Source: the human T2T-CHM13v2.0 reference genome, Homo sapiens
Reading direction: 5' to 3' (one strand)
Assembly (NCBI RefSeq): GCF_009914755.1
Contig: NC_060933.1
DNA length: 64,000 bases
The position numbers were made by a program, and so were the translations under genes. The notes beneath the pieces were generated by a model. The model saw nothing but the letters and a program-made list of their open reading frames with translations, did no database searches and was not told the origin of the DNA. Positions 1-64,000 of this stretch are shown here, piece by piece (the first letter of the stretch is position 1; every line of letters starts with the position of its first letter).

Positions 1-261
<261 letters not shown>

Positions 262-404
262 TAGCTATTTTTAAAAGACTTTAATTGAAACCTTTTTGGA
301 CAAATTTAGTTTTAAGGAAAGATATGCTATGTTCTCTACATGTTGTTATAAGAACTTTTCTAAGCCTAAACTACAATAGATGTGAAAGTACTCTTTTTTT
401 TTTA

Positions 405-1460
<1,056 letters not shown>

Positions 1461-1539
1461 AAAGGATTCTTACAACAAATTAAAATGAGGAGGGAGAACT
1501 TATTTCTCCTATAGTAACTGTGCATTAAAATTTTATCTC

Positions 1540-3096
<1,557 letters not shown>

Positions 3097-3247
3097 CATA
3101 GCTTATTTTTTTAATCCCCCCCTTTTTTTTTTTTGGTAGGCCTCTGTAGAAGAATCCTTATAGTTTCAAGCCATAGTTTGTGACTATGTCTCCTTTGACT
3201 TTGGCTTGCTATTTTGGGTTTTAGTTATTATGGCTTTTGCTTTAAAG

Positions 3248-38202
<34,955 letters not shown>

Positions 38203-38507
38203 GCCACTCCCTGGGTCACCCACCCCTCGCTGCTTGCCCTGCGTCGCCTTGCTGCATGTCCGCTCCTCTGTGTGCTCTCACTTTCCACTGTAACCTTAAG
38301 CCTGCTTAGCTTGGAATAAGACTTAGGAGAAAATGGTGCTTCACTAACCCGCTTCCGGTCCAGTCACAATCATCATGTCACTGTGGGGACCCAGATCTGT
38401 GTCTTGAAGCAGCTGCCCTCATTCCGACTTCAGAAAATCGAAGCAGCTGGCTCCTCCCCTTGTTCTCTCTCCCACCCTCCCCCAAATCTGTTTTCATGTA
38501 AAAGACA

Positions 38508-38513
38508 AATAAA
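38508..38513 (+). terminator. SPTAN1 polyadenylation signal AATAAA
   Basis: Canonical hexamer ~305 nt after the stop, followed by a CA and a U-rich tract (gctttgcttttcttcatttg). Confidence 0.88.
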
Positions 38514-38537
38514 TGATGACTTCCCCCAAAGCTTTGC

Positions 38538-38548
38538 TTTTCTTCATT
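38538..38548 (-). terminator. Probable DYNC2I2 variant poly(A) signal (AATGAA / AAGAAA)
   Basis: Minus strand reads CAAATGAAGAAAAG ~65 nt after the TGA. I see no AATAAA or ATTAAA in this UTR. Confidence 0.6.
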
Positions 38549-38611
38549 TGGCTTGCGTCAGAAACACAAGGCTCGGCACAGCGAAGGCTTGCACCCGCCT
38601 CCCGGGACCCC

Positions 38612-59748
<21,137 letters not shown>

Positions 59749-60463
59749 CTACGCCGCCATGAGCGGAAAACGGGGAATGTGAGGCTGACGGCGCCATGTT
59801 TGAATTGGTCGCAGCGCCTCCTGCAAGACCTGGAAGAAAGAAAAGTAACGATTCTTCTCGGCCAGAGAGAGAAGCATGACCGGTTTTGCATACCCTGTCC
59901 CCAGAAAAAGCACTCTAAGAGTAGGCGCGCTACTCCTGGGCGAGGAAACTGCGGAAGTGAGGCATTGGTGCCAGGTTCAAAGATGGCGCTGAGCAGCCAA
60001 GCGCAGAAGCGAAGAGAGGGCGGCAGCCTGCGGCCGTGGCCGGCCCGCGAGGTCTGGGCCTGGGAGCGCAGATCTGGCTGAGCAGCTGATTCTTCCAGCA
60101 GATCCGAGAACCGCGCCACTCGAACAGGCTGTCACCTCGAAGCCAAGTGATCTCCCTTTAATCCTCAGTCTCTGTCTCAATAGAATGATGATGAAAAATA
60201 TTCCTACGGAGATCCTAAATGTGGTTAAAAAGCTGGGAGGCCCAAATGAGGTCTTCTACAGAAACATGCTTATTAAATCGAAATTAAAAGCAAATAACTA
60301 AATAATGTGCCTACTGTGTGTCAGGCAAAGAGCCCAGAACGTCTCTTTCTTATTAAGTTCTCACCCTGAGGAAAGAATTGCTTTTTATACTATATTATGT
60401 CGTTCTGCCATTCCGCGCGCCCCACCGGAATTAAAAAAACTGGAGATTCTGACCTGAGGACTA

Positions 60464-64000
<3,537 letters not shown>

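Overview
Human genomic DNA, very Alu-rich, recognisable as the SPTAN1/DYNC2I2 (WDR34) locus at 9q34.11. The + strand carries the last 34 coding exons of SPTAN1 (alpha-II spectrin; 3248-38202), including three alternative cassettes of 15, 18 and 63 nt. By my count the exons join into one open frame ending ...RSLFVN-stop. The - strand carries the complete 9-exon DYNC2I2/WDR34 CDS (59697-38612; 1611 nt = 536 aa), which starts in a CpG-island promoter. The two genes end tail-to-tail in a shared ~40-bp poly(A) region. The rest is Alu, L1, L2, MIR, MLT1, Charlie1 and Tigger1 fossils; almost all ORFs in the supplied track are Alu-derived or antisense shadows of exons. I cannot support a wholly new biological system here. 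The best leads are: an RFX X-box centred on the WDR34 start codon; a spliced 165-aa overlapping alternative ORF from an upstream ATG; an interlocked bidirectional poly(A) site; a 31-bp GC-box tandem repeat; and one target site reused by serial Alu insertions. Gene identities and repeat families are recognised from memory, not from database searches, and repeat boundaries are approximate.
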